This document shows positions 35,502-43,737 of a stretch of DNA of 43,737 bases, piece after piece. The DNA comes from a virus. Lineage: Duplodnaviria; Caudoviricetes. A program made the position numbers and the translations under genes. The DNA lies in the IMG/VR virus record IMGVR_UViG_3300034084_000052, positions 1 to 43,737 of that record, one strand, 5' to 3'. Position 1 is the first letter of the stretch. Each line of letters begins with the position of its first letter. The notes under the pieces were generated by a model. The model made no database searches. It was not told the DNA's origin and saw nothing but the letters and a program-made list of their open reading frames with translations.

Positions 35502-37320
35502 GCTTCCACTCCGAACAGATGGGGACCCTCAGTCCCAGGGTGTTTTCCTCGTACTGTTTCTTCAGCGCAGGGATGGCGTCGGGGGATCCGGACAGTTCGT
35601 CCGAGTCGTGGATCGTGAGCATCATCCGACTCCCCGTTTCCTTCGAGGTTCGTCGAAGCTCGACCAGCTTGACCTTCATGAGCTCCGCGGCCCCACCCTG
35701 GAAGACCAGGGGGCCGGCCTTATGCGTCTTCTGCCCCCCCGGGAAACGACAGCGGCGTCCAAGGATCGTCCGGACGTACCCTCGGTCCTTGGCCACCTTG
35801 GAGATCGCCTTCAGCAAAGGCTTCAGCTCCGGGAGGGCCCCGTGATACCGCTCGAAGAGAAGCTGGGCCTCGGACCCGCCTTTCTTGAACTCGATGAACT
35901 CCCCCTCCCTCGAAGTAAAGGATTCGAGCGTAAAAGGCATCCCCATCTCCTCGGCGAGCCGCCCCTCAGACATCCCGAAGGCCAGCCCGAGGTTGATGGT
36001 CTTAGCGCAGGCTCTGGACGTGGGGGTGGGGTTCCGGGGCAGCCCGGTGATCTCGGCGACCTTGGTGTGGAAGTCCAGGAGGGGATTCTCGGCGTAGGCC
36101 TTAACCAGCAGGGGGTCATTCATGAAGTGAACCACGAAACGGAAATCGATCTGGCTGAAGTCCCCGGAGAGCCACTTCGCGCCCTCGTCCGGAAGGAAGC
36201 AGGCCCGGACGATCTCGCACGCCTTCTGATTCCGGACGCTGATCTGCTGGAGGTTGGGCTCATTCGAGGAGAGCCGGCCGGAGCTCGTTCCGTACATGGC
36301 CCCGGTGTCGCTGTCGCTCTTGGTCTGGTTGTAGTTCGTGTGGACCCGTCCGTTGTGGGCGTTCCCGAGGACGTGGCCCAGAAGGAAGGTGTCCCGGATC
36401 TTCGTGAGATTCCGGCACTCGAGGATCAGGGCCGCGGCGGGGTGGGAGGCTCGACGGAGGCAGTTCGCATCGATCGAGGCGGCCTTCCCAGACTCGGTGG
36501 GGTTCGTGAGGGTCCCATCGTTCAGGCGCCACCACCCGGAGGCCTCCTTCACCGGGTTGAAGAGGAACTGCATACTCTTCGGGCTCAGGATCCCCACAGG
36601 GAAGCCGGCCGCCGCGTTCAGTCGGCGTTGCAGAGAATCGATCTCAGCGGTCAACTTCGGGACGGCCCTCTCCGCCAAGCCCAGGTCCACCCGAACGCCC
36701 CCGTGCTCCATCTCGGTCAGGACCGGGAGAAGGTCCATCTCCAGCTTCCGAACCCGGAGCAGGTCCTGACGCTCGAGCTCCGCCAACTGGATCGGGAGGA
36801 TCTGCGCCACCAGCTTCGTATCCTGCATAGCATAAGATTCGACGAGGGGCCGCAACTCTGGCATTTCCAGGGCCTTGCCCATGTTCGGCATCTGGGCCTT
36901 GCGGGTCGGTTTACCTCCGAAGATCTCGGAGAACTTCTGGTACAGGGTGTTGTCCTTTCCCTCCCCGACGTACCGCTGGCCGATGTCCTCGAGCGAGTAG
37001 CTGAGGAGGTGCTCATTCAGGAGCGCGGCATAGACCATAGAGTCGTGGATCTCGAGCTGGAAGAGCTCGTCGGTGGTCAGGACGCCCAGCGCGATCAGGT
37101 GGTGGAAATCGAACTTGATGTTGTGGTTCCCGATCCGTCCGTGGTTCAGGATCATGTCCCGCAGCTTGCGCCGGGAGGACTCATTCCGGAGGTCCAGGAC
37201 CCCCGAGGCGTGCGGCAACGTCCAGGCCGCCAGTACATTCTGAGACCCCGTCCACCAATTGAGGGATGGGGTCTCCAAGTCCACGATCAGGATTTCATTC
37301 AAGCGCAACTCCGGGGTCAC
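35467..37320 (-). CDS. DNA polymerase family A with 3'-5' exonuclease (non-canonical active-site residues)
   Basis: Exo motifs DLET, NHNIKFD and YAMQD. SGRLSSNEPNLQQI, motif A DFSQIDFR, motif B RACAKTINLGLAFG, motif C IHDS. GTG 37320 preferred as start because it follows the upstream stop at 37322. Confidence 0.95.
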   Translation of the reverse strand: MTPELRLNEILIVDLETPSLNWWTGSQNVLAAWTLPHASGVLDLRNESSRRKLRDMILNHGRIGNHNIKFDFHHLIALGVLTTDELFQLEIHDSMVYAALLNEHLLSYSLEDIGQRYVGEGKDNTLYQKFSEIFGGKPTRKAQMPNMGKALEMPELRPLVESYAMQDTKLVAQILPIQLAELERQDLLRVRKLEMDLLPVLTEMEHGGVRVDLGLAERAVPKLTAEIDSLQRRLNAAAGFPVGILSPKSMQFLFNPVKEASGWWRLNDGTLTNPTESGKAASIDANCLRRASHPAAALILECRNLTKIRDTFLLGHVLGNAHNGRVHTNYNQTKSDSDTGAMYGTSSGRLSSNEPNLQQISVRNQKACEIVRACFLPDEGAKWLSGDFSQIDFRFVVHFMNDPLLVKAYAENPLLDFHTKVAEITGLPRNPTPTSRACAKTINLGLAFGMSEGRLAEEMGMPFTLESFTSREGEFIEFKKGGSEAQLLFERYHGALPELKPLLKAISKVAKDRGYVRTILGRRCRFPGGQKTHKAGPLVFQGGAAELMKVKLVELRRTSKETGSRMMLTIHDSDELSGSPDAIPALKKQYEENTLGLRVPICSEWKHGNSWWEVSRK

Positions 37321-37321
37321 C

Positions 37322-37678
37322 TTAGAAGGTAGGCCTCCGGGCGATTCGCGCAAGGGATTGCCACGTCCCGGGGAGGTCAACCGCCCTCCGGAACGTTTCG
37401 GACAGGGCCAGGGCGTGCTGCGTGAAGTCCTCGAGGGTCAGGGCCTGATGCAGCGAGGCCTCGGCAAGACCCCAGAGGAGCAGCTTCTCCGGGGTCAGCC
37501 TCGGGTTCTCGAGCATCTTGGTGAGGGCTTCGCGTCCCTTCGGTCGGGTCATGCCGAGAAATTCGGCCAGAGGTCCGAGGCCCTTGGCGAGGTCGATGTT
37601 CTCCGGTCGGGCGTAGAGCTGGAGGAGACACCTGTAGGCCTCGTATCCGGTCATCGGACCCTCGGGCTCGGGGTTCAT
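37322..37678 (-). CDS. Hypothetical protein
   Basis: GGAGG RBS and ATGA overlap with the exonuclease stop. 118 aa, helical. Confidence 0.65.
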   Translation of the reverse strand: MNPEPEGPMTGYEAYRCLLQLYARPENIDLAKGLGPLAEFLGMTRPKGREALTKMLENPRLTPEKLLLWGLAEASLHQALTLEDFTQHALALSETFRRAVDLPGTWQSLARIARRPTF

Positions 37679-38427
37679 CGCTGGGCCTCCTCCAGGGCCC
37701 ATAGTACCGAGGAGCGAAGGTCCTCGTCCAGGTCCTCCATCTTGTTCAGCATCCACTTGAGGTAGCTGGGATCCTCCCGAGCCATGTCGAGGATCAGCTT
37801 GCCCCGATGCTTCCCGAAACGGAACTTGGTGATCCGGACGGGGCGCAAGATCCAGGGGATGATCTTGTCCACGGTCAGGTTGTCGGGATCCTTGGAGAGC
37901 GCCATCACGGCCTTCAGTTCGTGGGCCAGATTCGCGGCCGTCACGAGGGCATCCGGGAGGGCCGAGTGGGTCATCTGCTTCCCGCCCCCGTGCACCTTCA
38001 GCTTCCAGTAGTACCTGAGGTACTGGTTCTTGTGCTGGTCGAGTTCAGGCCACAGGTGCTGGGCCAGCCGGAGGGTGTCAATCACGGGGGTCTTCGGGTC
38101 CGGCTTCAGGAAGGCCATGTCGAAGGGCGCGTTGTGCGCGACCAGGACGTCGAACGGGCGGGTCGCGTACATGGCCGTTAGGACCTTCGCGATCGGCGGA
38201 GCCTCAGCCACGTCCTCGTCCACGAGGTGGTGCACCGCGGAGGCATCCGGAGGGATGGGGGTCCCCTCGGGGTTCACGAGGTCCTCGAAGGTGTCCAGGA
38301 CGTTCCCTTCCCAGTCGACCCAGACTGCGCCGATCTGGATGATCTTGTCGACCTCCGCATCCCGACCCGTCGTCTCGACGTCGACCACGAGGTACTTCGC
38401 GTCCCGGATATGAATAGGTGTCTGCAT
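37675..38427 (-). CDS. DEDDh 3'-5' exonuclease, exodeoxyribonuclease X-like
   Basis: VVDVETTG, IPP.ASAVH, LVAHNAPFD, IDTL.LA..LWP and HSALPDA. C-terminal F.FGKHRG...YLKW.L. Confidence 0.9.
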   Translation of the reverse strand: MQTPIHIRDAKYLVVDVETTGRDAEVDKIIQIGAVWVDWEGNVLDTFEDLVNPEGTPIPPDASAVHHLVDEDVAEAPPIAKVLTAMYATRPFDVLVAHNAPFDMAFLKPDPKTPVIDTLRLAQHLWPELDQHKNQYLRYYWKLKVHGGGKQMTHSALPDALVTAANLAHELKAVMALSKDPDNLTVDKIIPWILRPVRITKFRFGKHRGKLILDMAREDPSYLKWMLNKMEDLDEDLRSSVLWALEEAQR

Positions 38428-38442
38428 CAATGCTCCAAAGAC

Positions 38443-38464
38443 AAGGCCCCCTTGCGGGGGCCTT
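38443..38464 (-). terminator. Intrinsic terminator-like hairpin after the SSB-like gene
   Basis: Minus strand AAGGCCCCC-GCAA-GGGGGCCTT followed by GTCTTT (GNRA loop). Confidence 0.6.
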
Positions 38465-38483
38465 TGGTTGGGGTTCGTCTCGA

Positions 38484-39269
38484 TCAGATCTCGGCTTCGA
38501 GGTTCTGGTTGGCCCGCTCCGGAGCAGACGCCGTGGCGTCCGTCTCCTCGAAGCCGGCCTTGGCGATGCCGGCCAGGGTGTCCTGGTACAGCTTGAAGGC
38601 CGCCTTGGCAACCTTCTCAGGGGTGAAGCCCGCCGGGGAGATCGCGAAGTTGAAGTAGGGGCCCTTCTCGTTCTTCTCGGCGACGACGGACAGCTTCCAG
38701 ACCCCGCCGAAGCGAGGGTAGCCCTTCTCGATCAGGTACGAATCGATGAGGGAGTTCATCTTGCGGCTGACCTTCAGCTTGGTGCTGACCATCACGAGGG
38801 CGACCTCGCCCAGGGATTCCTTCGTGACCGGATCCAGGGCGATGCCGTAGTGCACCGACTGGGCCACGATCTCGCAGTCGTCCTTGTCCTTCTGGGCGTC
38901 CAGGAGGGCCGTGGCCTTCGCCTCGGTCATCTCGATGCCCCGGAATCCGCCGCCCTTGATGCGCTTGCGGAAGACGCCGTACTCCACCCGGAAGAAGGCA
39001 TCCACGAAGAGAATCGTTTCGTGGGTGGTCCCCAGGACGGTGTGGAAGATGTCGCCGGCGCGAGCCGACTCGACGAACTTGGCGTCACCCTTCGTGACCT
39101 CCGGGGACAGCCCCTGGAGCAGGGTGAGCCGAGCGAGGACCTTGTCCTCGGTGCGGACGTTCTCGGACCCGATGGCGCCGTAGGCGGCAAGGTACGAGGG
39201 AACCTCCATTGTGGTTGCGACGCCACTCGCCTCGACGGTGGCAACTGCGGTGTTCGAATGCTTGGCCAT
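38484..39269 (-). CDS. Putative ssDNA-binding protein
   Basis: GGAGG RBS. GSENV..ED....RL.LLQ.LSPEV, ST.LK.SRK.N and N.KG.YF. Acidic C-terminal tail, located in the replication module. Confidence 0.65.
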   Translation of the reverse strand: MAKHSNTAVATVEASGVATTMEVPSYLAAYGAIGSENVRTEDKVLARLTLLQGLSPEVTKGDAKFVESARAGDIFHTVLGTTHETILFVDAFFRVEYGVFRKRIKGGGFRGIEMTEAKATALLDAQKDKDDCEIVAQSVHYGIALDPVTKESLGEVALVMVSTKLKVSRKMNSLIDSYLIEKGYPRFGGVWKLSVVAEKNEKGPYFNFAISPAGFTPEKVAKAAFKLYQDTLAGIAKAGFEETDATASAPERANQNLEAEI

Positions 39270-39369
39270 GCTTGGCCTCCGTTGTTGGGCATTGGGGGCG
39301 AAAAGAAGGTGACCCGAGCCAAGGGGCACCTCGCCGTGTATTCCGAAGGTAAGCCCTTCGGGGACTTCG

Positions 39370-39894
39370 TCAAGACTTGAGAACGGCCTTCTGGAACTGC
39401 CGCACCTTGATGAAGGGGGGCGGCTCGGTCATGTTGCCCAGGCAGTCGTTCTTCACCCAGGCCTTCAGGGTCTGGGGAGGGATATGCTCCTGGACCATCG
39501 AGCCGTGCCCGTGGTCCTTGAACCACAGCATCGCCATCGGACGGTCCCCGGCCGCCATCGTGACCTGGAGCTCACCCCGGAGGTGCACCAGCTTGCCTGA
39601 GGTCAGCTTGAAGTTCTTCATGCCCTCGGCCTCGAGCTTCGCCGGGATGGCGTACTCCTCGAGGTACTTGCGCTCCTCTTTGAGTTCCTTGACCCGATCC
39701 TCGAGCTCACCGATCTTGGCGGCGAGATCCTCGAGGGAACCCCCCAGTCCGCCCAGACCTTCGGAGGAGTACTTATCCTTGAAGATCAGGAAGCTGTCGG
39801 GCTGGTCCGTCGGGGTGGCGGGGGCGCCCCCGTCCATCTGATTCAGGGCCGCCTGCTGGCCGGCGTAGTCGTCGATGCTCAGATCCTGGCTCAT
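39370..39894 (-). CDS. Coiled-coil replication-module protein (Gam-like family candidate)
   Basis: Coiled coil followed by IP...E..G...F.L..G and W....GHG......I.PQTLKAWVK. Confidence 0.65.
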   Translation of the reverse strand: MSQDLSIDDYAGQQAALNQMDGGAPATPTDQPDSFLIFKDKYSSEGLGGLGGSLEDLAAKIGELEDRVKELKEERKYLEEYAIPAKLEAEGMKNFKLTSGKLVHLRGELQVTMAAGDRPMAMLWFKDHGHGSMVQEHIPPQTLKAWVKNDCLGNMTEPPPFIKVRQFQKAVLKS

Positions 39895-40241
39895 TCTTCT
39901 CTCTCCGGAACGGTCCACTTGATCTGATCAAGGGTCACCGTCAAAGGGTAGTAGCGGGACCGAATCCGGTTCCACTTCAGTACCTGGATTTTGGTGTGCC
40001 CCAAGCGGTACAGGGCGGTGAAGGCGAGCCCTATGTTGATGGGGTCGCCGATCGGTAATAGGAAGTCTAGGCTCGGATTGAAGTCCGTCAAGGCCGCCCT
40101 GACGCCGGCGTAGCTGCTCGGGCTTCCGGTGTAGTCCATGTAGGAGATCCCAGGGAGCAGCTTCCCGTGGTCCGAGGCCTTCGAGAGGTCGTGATTCGTT
40201 GACTGGGTTGGGAAGACTCTAGGTTCCACGGCGCTCTCCAT
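39891..40241 (-). CDS. Hypothetical protein (alpha/beta)
   Basis: RVF..Q, D.S.A...G.L, L.DF....DFLL.IGDP and VLKW.R....Y.P. Preceded by promoter-like elements. Confidence 0.7.
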   Translation of the reverse strand: MESAVEPRVFPTQSTNHDLSKASDHGKLLPGISYMDYTGSPSSYAGVRAALTDFNPSLDFLLPIGDPINIGLAFTALYRLGHTKIQVLKWNRIRSRYYPLTVTLDQIKWTVPEREE

Positions 40242-40247
40242 GCGTGA

Positions 40248-40261
40248 ACCCTAGGATACCA
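40248..40261 (-). promoter_or_regulatory. Putative -10 elements (TGGTATCCT and TAGGGT), leaderless start
   Basis: Minus strand TGGTATCCTAGGGT-tcacgc-ATG. TAGGGT lies 6 nt before ATG 40241 with no Shine-Dalgarno. Confidence 0.4.
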
Positions 40262-40262
40262 G

Positions 40263-40538
40263 CTACCACGCCCCGTCTAGCTCCATTTCGCGCAGCACCT
40301 CTCCCGCATCCAGGCGTTCCCGCCACACACAGAAGTCGCCGTCCTGGACGAACGTGACGTAGCGGTACTTCTCACCCTTCCGGATCGCGCTGTGCCACCG
40401 GAGGTCCTGGAAGAGTTCCCGCACCGCCTCGGGGCAGGACTCGGGAGGGATCTCCCCGGACTCTCGGATGGTCCGGGTGGCGTCGCAGGGGTAGTCCTCT
40501 CGGGCAACCCGGATTTCGTTCGTCAGGATGCGACTCAT
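40263..40538 (-). CDS. Hypothetical protein
   Basis: GAGG RBS and ATGA overlap. AR.DY.CD...I.KGEKY pattern. Confidence 0.65.
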   Translation of the reverse strand: MSRILTNEIRVAREDYPCDATRTIRESGEIPPESCPEAVRELFQDLRWHSAIRKGEKYRYVTFVQDGDFCVWRERLDAGEVLREMELDGAW

Positions 40539-40717
40539 TCCTCGCCCTTCTCCCCGGAGTCCATCAACACCGAGACGAACTCGAAGGCCCAGCCCCGGAT
40601 GCAGAAAAAGGTTTCCTCGGGGTCCTCGGCATTGTCGATCGAGACCGAGAGGGCCCCGAAGGTGACGAACCAGAGGAGGATCAGGGCCACCTGGACAAAG
40701 TAAAAGGTCAGTTTCAT
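40535..40717 (-). CDS. Small membrane protein
   Basis: GGAGG RBS, ATGA overlaps on both sides, hydrophobic N-terminus. Confidence 0.6.
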   Translation of the reverse strand: MKLTFYFVQVALILLWFVTFGALSVSIDNAEDPEETFFCIRGWAFEFVSVLMDSGEKGEE

Positions 40718-42489
40718 CTCGTCGCCTCCTCGATTTCGTCATTCAGAGTTGCAACATAATCCCTGCGAGCCTTCAGCGCCCGGAAAACTTTTGAGTCGAC
40801 CCATTCCTTGCCCTTCGCGGGCATCTCCATCAGGAGGTCGATGTAGACGACGGTCTTGGTCTGGCCCACCCGGTGGGCCCGATCCTCGGACTGGATGCGG
40901 GTCTCGAGGGACCAGGAGTTGCTGAAGTAGACCATCGTCTCCGCGGCCGTGAGGGTGATCCCGATCCCGCCCGACTCCTGCTGACCTACGAAGAAGCGGC
41001 ACCTCGGATCTTCCTGGAAGCGTTTCCGGGCGAGGGTGCGGGTCTCGTTGTCGATCCCGCCGTGGAACTCCACGACGGAGCCGGGGTAGACCTTCTCGAG
41101 GGCGGCACGCACCGCCTCGATCTCGGGCCGAAAGCGGCACCAGATAATGATCTTTCCGGGGCAGTCCTCGGCGATCTGGAGAACCTCCTCGACCTTCGGG
41201 TTCGGGCCGGAGATCGGCTCCGCCTGGGCCTTCTCGAGGCGTTGCTCGAGCTGTGCAACAGCGGCCTCCCAGGCAACAGGGTCCTCGAAGCAGAACTCGG
41301 GCATGCCCTCGTCCTGGTGCCCCAGCACGGATGCAAGTTCGCGGTCCGCGGTCGCGAAGCCGCCCGTGATCTGCTGGAGGCGCAGGTCCCGGACGACCGC
41401 GATGGTGTAGGTTACGACCTGCCCAGGGGCCACGATCGCGGCGCCGCTCGTGCGGAGGTCGTTGTAGAGTCGCAGCATCTCGTCCGAAGGGGCGACCCGA
41501 CGGGTCTGATACACCTTGGGGGGAAGGTCCAGGCACTTATCCTTCGTGGCCATATGGACGAAGTCCGAGATCAGGTCCACGAACTGGTCCTCGTTCTTCG
41601 AGGACACGATCTGTTTCGCCTCGAAGCCCCCCATCACACAGAACTTGTTCCGGAAGGTGAAGAAGTTCATCCCGGCCAAGATGTCCGGGGAGAGGATCGC
41701 GAACTGACTCCAGGCATCCTGGAGCCCTTTCGTGATCGCGGTCCCGGTCAAGATTCGGCGGCGCTTCGCGAGCGGGCTCAGGCGCAACAGAGCCTTCGTG
41801 CGGGTCGCGTTGTGGGTCTTGAAGCGGCTGCTCTCGTCCACACCGAGGGAGGTGGCCTGCTTCGTCAGGAAGGCCTCCAGGACGTCCTGGCCGCTCTTGT
41901 GGCTGATAGACTCGCAGGCGATGATCAGGACCTTCAGGACGCCCTCCTGGGGGGCCTGCTTGATCCACAGGAGGGTCTTGGTCCGGTTCTCCGGGGAGTA
42001 GACCCAGCACTCCACCGGGAGCGGGCAATGCTTCTCGAACTCGTCGACCCAGTTGCTCTTGATCGAGTTCGGGCAGACGATCGCCACGGCCTGGATGACC
42101 TTGTCCGAGAAGGCCTGGGCGGAGTCGTCGATCAGGGCCTTGGATTTTCCCAACCCCGGGTCGTGGAAGAGGGCGTAGTTCCGCATCGAGAGCATCCGGG
42201 CCAAGGCCGCGGACTGGTGCTCCAAAGGTGTCGTCTTCGGGAAGAGTTCCATCCCTCGGAGAGGAAAGCGAGGCTCGCCGGCGCGAAGCCGACGGACCTC
42301 CGTGATCGCGTCAGGGGATAGCGCGGCGTTGATCCCGAACAGGTACTCGGCAACCATCTGGGTGCGGGGCGCGGTCCAGGCCTGGACCTTGTCGTTGTAG
42401 GCGCGGTGCGGTATCCCTCGGAGCAGCTCGATGTCCGAGGGCGTTCCGAGGCAGATGAAGTAGTTGCCGCGTATCTCTGCGGTAACCAT
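40714..42489 (-). CDS. SNF2-family (superfamily 2) helicase
   Basis: PLEHQ, DPGLGKSK, VCPNS, VDESSRFK, ILTGT, KIIIWCRF, GGIGITLTAA and QSEDRAHRVGQ. Confidence 0.95.
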   Translation of the reverse strand: MVTAEIRGNYFICLGTPSDIELLRGIPHRAYNDKVQAWTAPRTQMVAEYLFGINAALSPDAITEVRRLRAGEPRFPLRGMELFPKTTPLEHQSAALARMLSMRNYALFHDPGLGKSKALIDDSAQAFSDKVIQAVAIVCPNSIKSNWVDEFEKHCPLPVECWVYSPENRTKTLLWIKQAPQEGVLKVLIIACESISHKSGQDVLEAFLTKQATSLGVDESSRFKTHNATRTKALLRLSPLAKRRRILTGTAITKGLQDAWSQFAILSPDILAGMNFFTFRNKFCVMGGFEAKQIVSSKNEDQFVDLISDFVHMATKDKCLDLPPKVYQTRRVAPSDEMLRLYNDLRTSGAAIVAPGQVVTYTIAVVRDLRLQQITGGFATADRELASVLGHQDEGMPEFCFEDPVAWEAAVAQLEQRLEKAQAEPISGPNPKVEEVLQIAEDCPGKIIIWCRFRPEIEAVRAALEKVYPGSVVEFHGGIDNETRTLARKRFQEDPRCRFFVGQQESGGIGITLTAAETMVYFSNSWSLETRIQSEDRAHRVGQTKTVVYIDLLMEMPAKGKEWVDSKVFRALKARRDYVATLNDEIEEATR

Positions 42490-42666
42490 CTACGAGGCCG
42501 TCGCGGGTTTGGGTAACCAGCACACGGAGCGGGGACCGAGGACACCTTCCGGACCGACAACCTTCGCGGTAAAGAAGTACCCCCTCCCGTCCTTGTCCTC
42601 TGCGACTCGCTGGATGTCTGCAAAGCCTGCGTTTTGGATCCAGTCGACCTTGATCGCTTCTGACAT
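42490..42666 (-). CDS. Hypothetical protein (58 aa)
   Basis: GGAGGAG RBS before ATG 42666. The stop abuts the helicase start. Confidence 0.6.
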   Translation of the reverse strand: MSEAIKVDWIQNAGFADIQRVAEDKDGRGYFFTAKVVGPEGVLGPRSVCWLPKPATAS

Positions 42667-42668
42667 GT

Positions 42669-43214
42669 TCACTCCTCCCGAGTGTCGGACTCATACGATG
42701 ACCGAATCTTTTCTGAACTTCCAGTCTGTTCAATCGAGTCCAGGTATGATTCATCCCCGAGTTCGATGTAGGTGTTGAGGCTGTAGGTTCTCCAGGCGAA
42801 CGCCTCGAGCCCTTTGGCCAAAAGTTCCCTCGGAATTGACGCCGGGAAGGTGTAGTGATAGGGGTTCCAGCAGGCCGCATTCCCGCAGTCCGCGCGGAGC
42901 CCTCTCCACCAGACCTGCGGGAGGGACTTCGGATCGGTCTCGAGCACCATTCCCAGGGCGAGGCACCCGTGCGTGAGGAGGTTCGGCCCATTGTCCGGGG
43001 TTCCGTCGTCCTTCAGGAACGGTCCAGGGTTGAAGACCGTCGCGCATCGGGGGGTGATGCCGTGCGTGTCGTACCTTCCGCGCATGTTCCAGCACCCCGT
43101 CAGTGGGTCGATCGAGGTTCTCCGGGTGGCACTGATTCGGATTCTCTTGAACCGTTTTGCCCGCTCTACCTCTACCTCCCTGGGGGTCAACCTCGTGCCG
43201 TACTCGATCGCCAT
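42669..43214 (-). CDS. HNH/His-Cys-box endonuclease-like protein, possibly degenerate
   Basis: GGAG RBS. TGCW.. and C.N..C.NP.H motifs. Confidence 0.6.
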   Translation of the reverse strand: MAIEYGTRLTPREVEVERAKRFKRIRISATRRTSIDPLTGCWNMRGRYDTHGITPRCATVFNPGPFLKDDGTPDNGPNLLTHGCLALGMVLETDPKSLPQVWWRGLRADCGNAACWNPYHYTFPASIPRELLAKGLEAFAWRTYSLNTYIELGDESYLDSIEQTGSSEKIRSSYESDTREE

Positions 43215-43219
43215 CGGCA

Positions 43220-43729
43220 CTACTCCGAGGTGTGTGATTTCGGGCGCGCCCGAACGTGATTCAGGAACTCCCGGAGTTGCCCCATGTGGTAGGCCTCGTG
43301 AAGCATCTTCGAGGGGAACCAACCGTCCAGGGTGGCCCAATTGATATGGACCTCGATCTTGGCTATGTACTCGAGGTCCTCCTCCTGGAGCTCCCCCCTG
43401 GCATCCATCGCGGACAGCAGTTCGAGCAGGCTCTCCCGTTCGTTCAGGAGCCACTGACGCGAGTCGTAGGCCGGGTTGAAGGGCTTCAACATCTGGGAGC
43501 TCAGGTACGCCCCAAAGTCGATCCGTTCGCCGTTCACGACGATGATCTTGCCCTCCCCCGGCTCGGGGACCTTGACCGTGAGTCCTGGTGTCGAGGGGTT
43601 GTATCCCAGGATCTGGAGCGCCAGCCGAACCCCCTGGTGCTCGATCCCGAGGTTCTTGTTCGCCGCGTCCGTGAGGTCCCGGAAGAACTCGGCGGGAGAG
43701 TTGTAGCGTAGACCGAGAGGGATTCTCAT
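43220..43729 (-). CDS. Hypothetical protein, possibly the C-terminal part of a gene starting outside the window
   Basis: The frame stays open from the window end (no in-frame stop upstream of ATG 43729). Good codon bias. Confidence 0.6.
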   Translation of the reverse strand: MRIPLGLRYNSPAEFFRDLTDAANKNLGIEHQGVRLALQILGYNPSTPGLTVKVPEPGEGKIIVVNGERIDFGAYLSSQMLKPFNPAYDSRQWLLNERESLLELLSAMDARGELQEEDLEYIAKIEVHINWATLDGWFPSKMLHEAYHMGQLREFLNHVRARPKSHTSE

Positions 43730-43737
43730 CTCGGGGC

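Noticed and set aside
37325-37336. AGGCCTACCTTC before the polymerase start (and GGGCCTACCCCTC near 13944) resembling the left-end repeat
   Set aside because: Both are imperfect single copies inside coding sequence and are plausible by chance at this GC content.
39343-39367. Short hairpins between the Gam-like and SSB-like genes
   Set aside because: The stems are only 6-7 bp with no U tract, too weak to call a terminator or RNA element.

Overview
About 44 kb of a high-GC tailed dsDNA phage (siphovirus with a lambda-like M/L/K/I/J tail tip; the host is probably Gram-negative). The plus strand carries a short GGGCCTACCCTC repeat array at the left edge, small ORFs including a VRR-NUC/PD-(D/E)xK nuclease, and the terminase large subunit. 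A fibre cassette then sits between terminase and portal, followed by portal, scaffold, HK97-fold capsid, neck genes (with an embedded HslV/proteasome-beta-like Ntn protein), tail tube, frameshifted tail chaperone, tape measure, tail tip genes with a second fibre cassette, and a GH108 lysis cassette. The minus strand carries a small island (winged-helix protein, structured intergenic region, membrane-anchored PAS protein, basic peptide) divergent from terL. It also carries a replication module: Nmad/DUF1599-like protein, family A DNA polymerase, ExoX-like exonuclease, SSB-like protein, SNF2 helicase and an HNH-like protein. The three best leads are (1) the membrane-anchored, holin-like PAS sensor island, (2) the Ntn protease-like gene inside the neck operon and (3) the polymerase with non-canonical, DpoZ-like active-site residues next to a nucleotide-modification-associated gene, which hints at modified DNA. 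I recognised no integrase, tRNA, CRISPR array, reverse transcriptase, PurZ or terminase small subunit. All family assignments come from motif recognition by eye, not from database searches.
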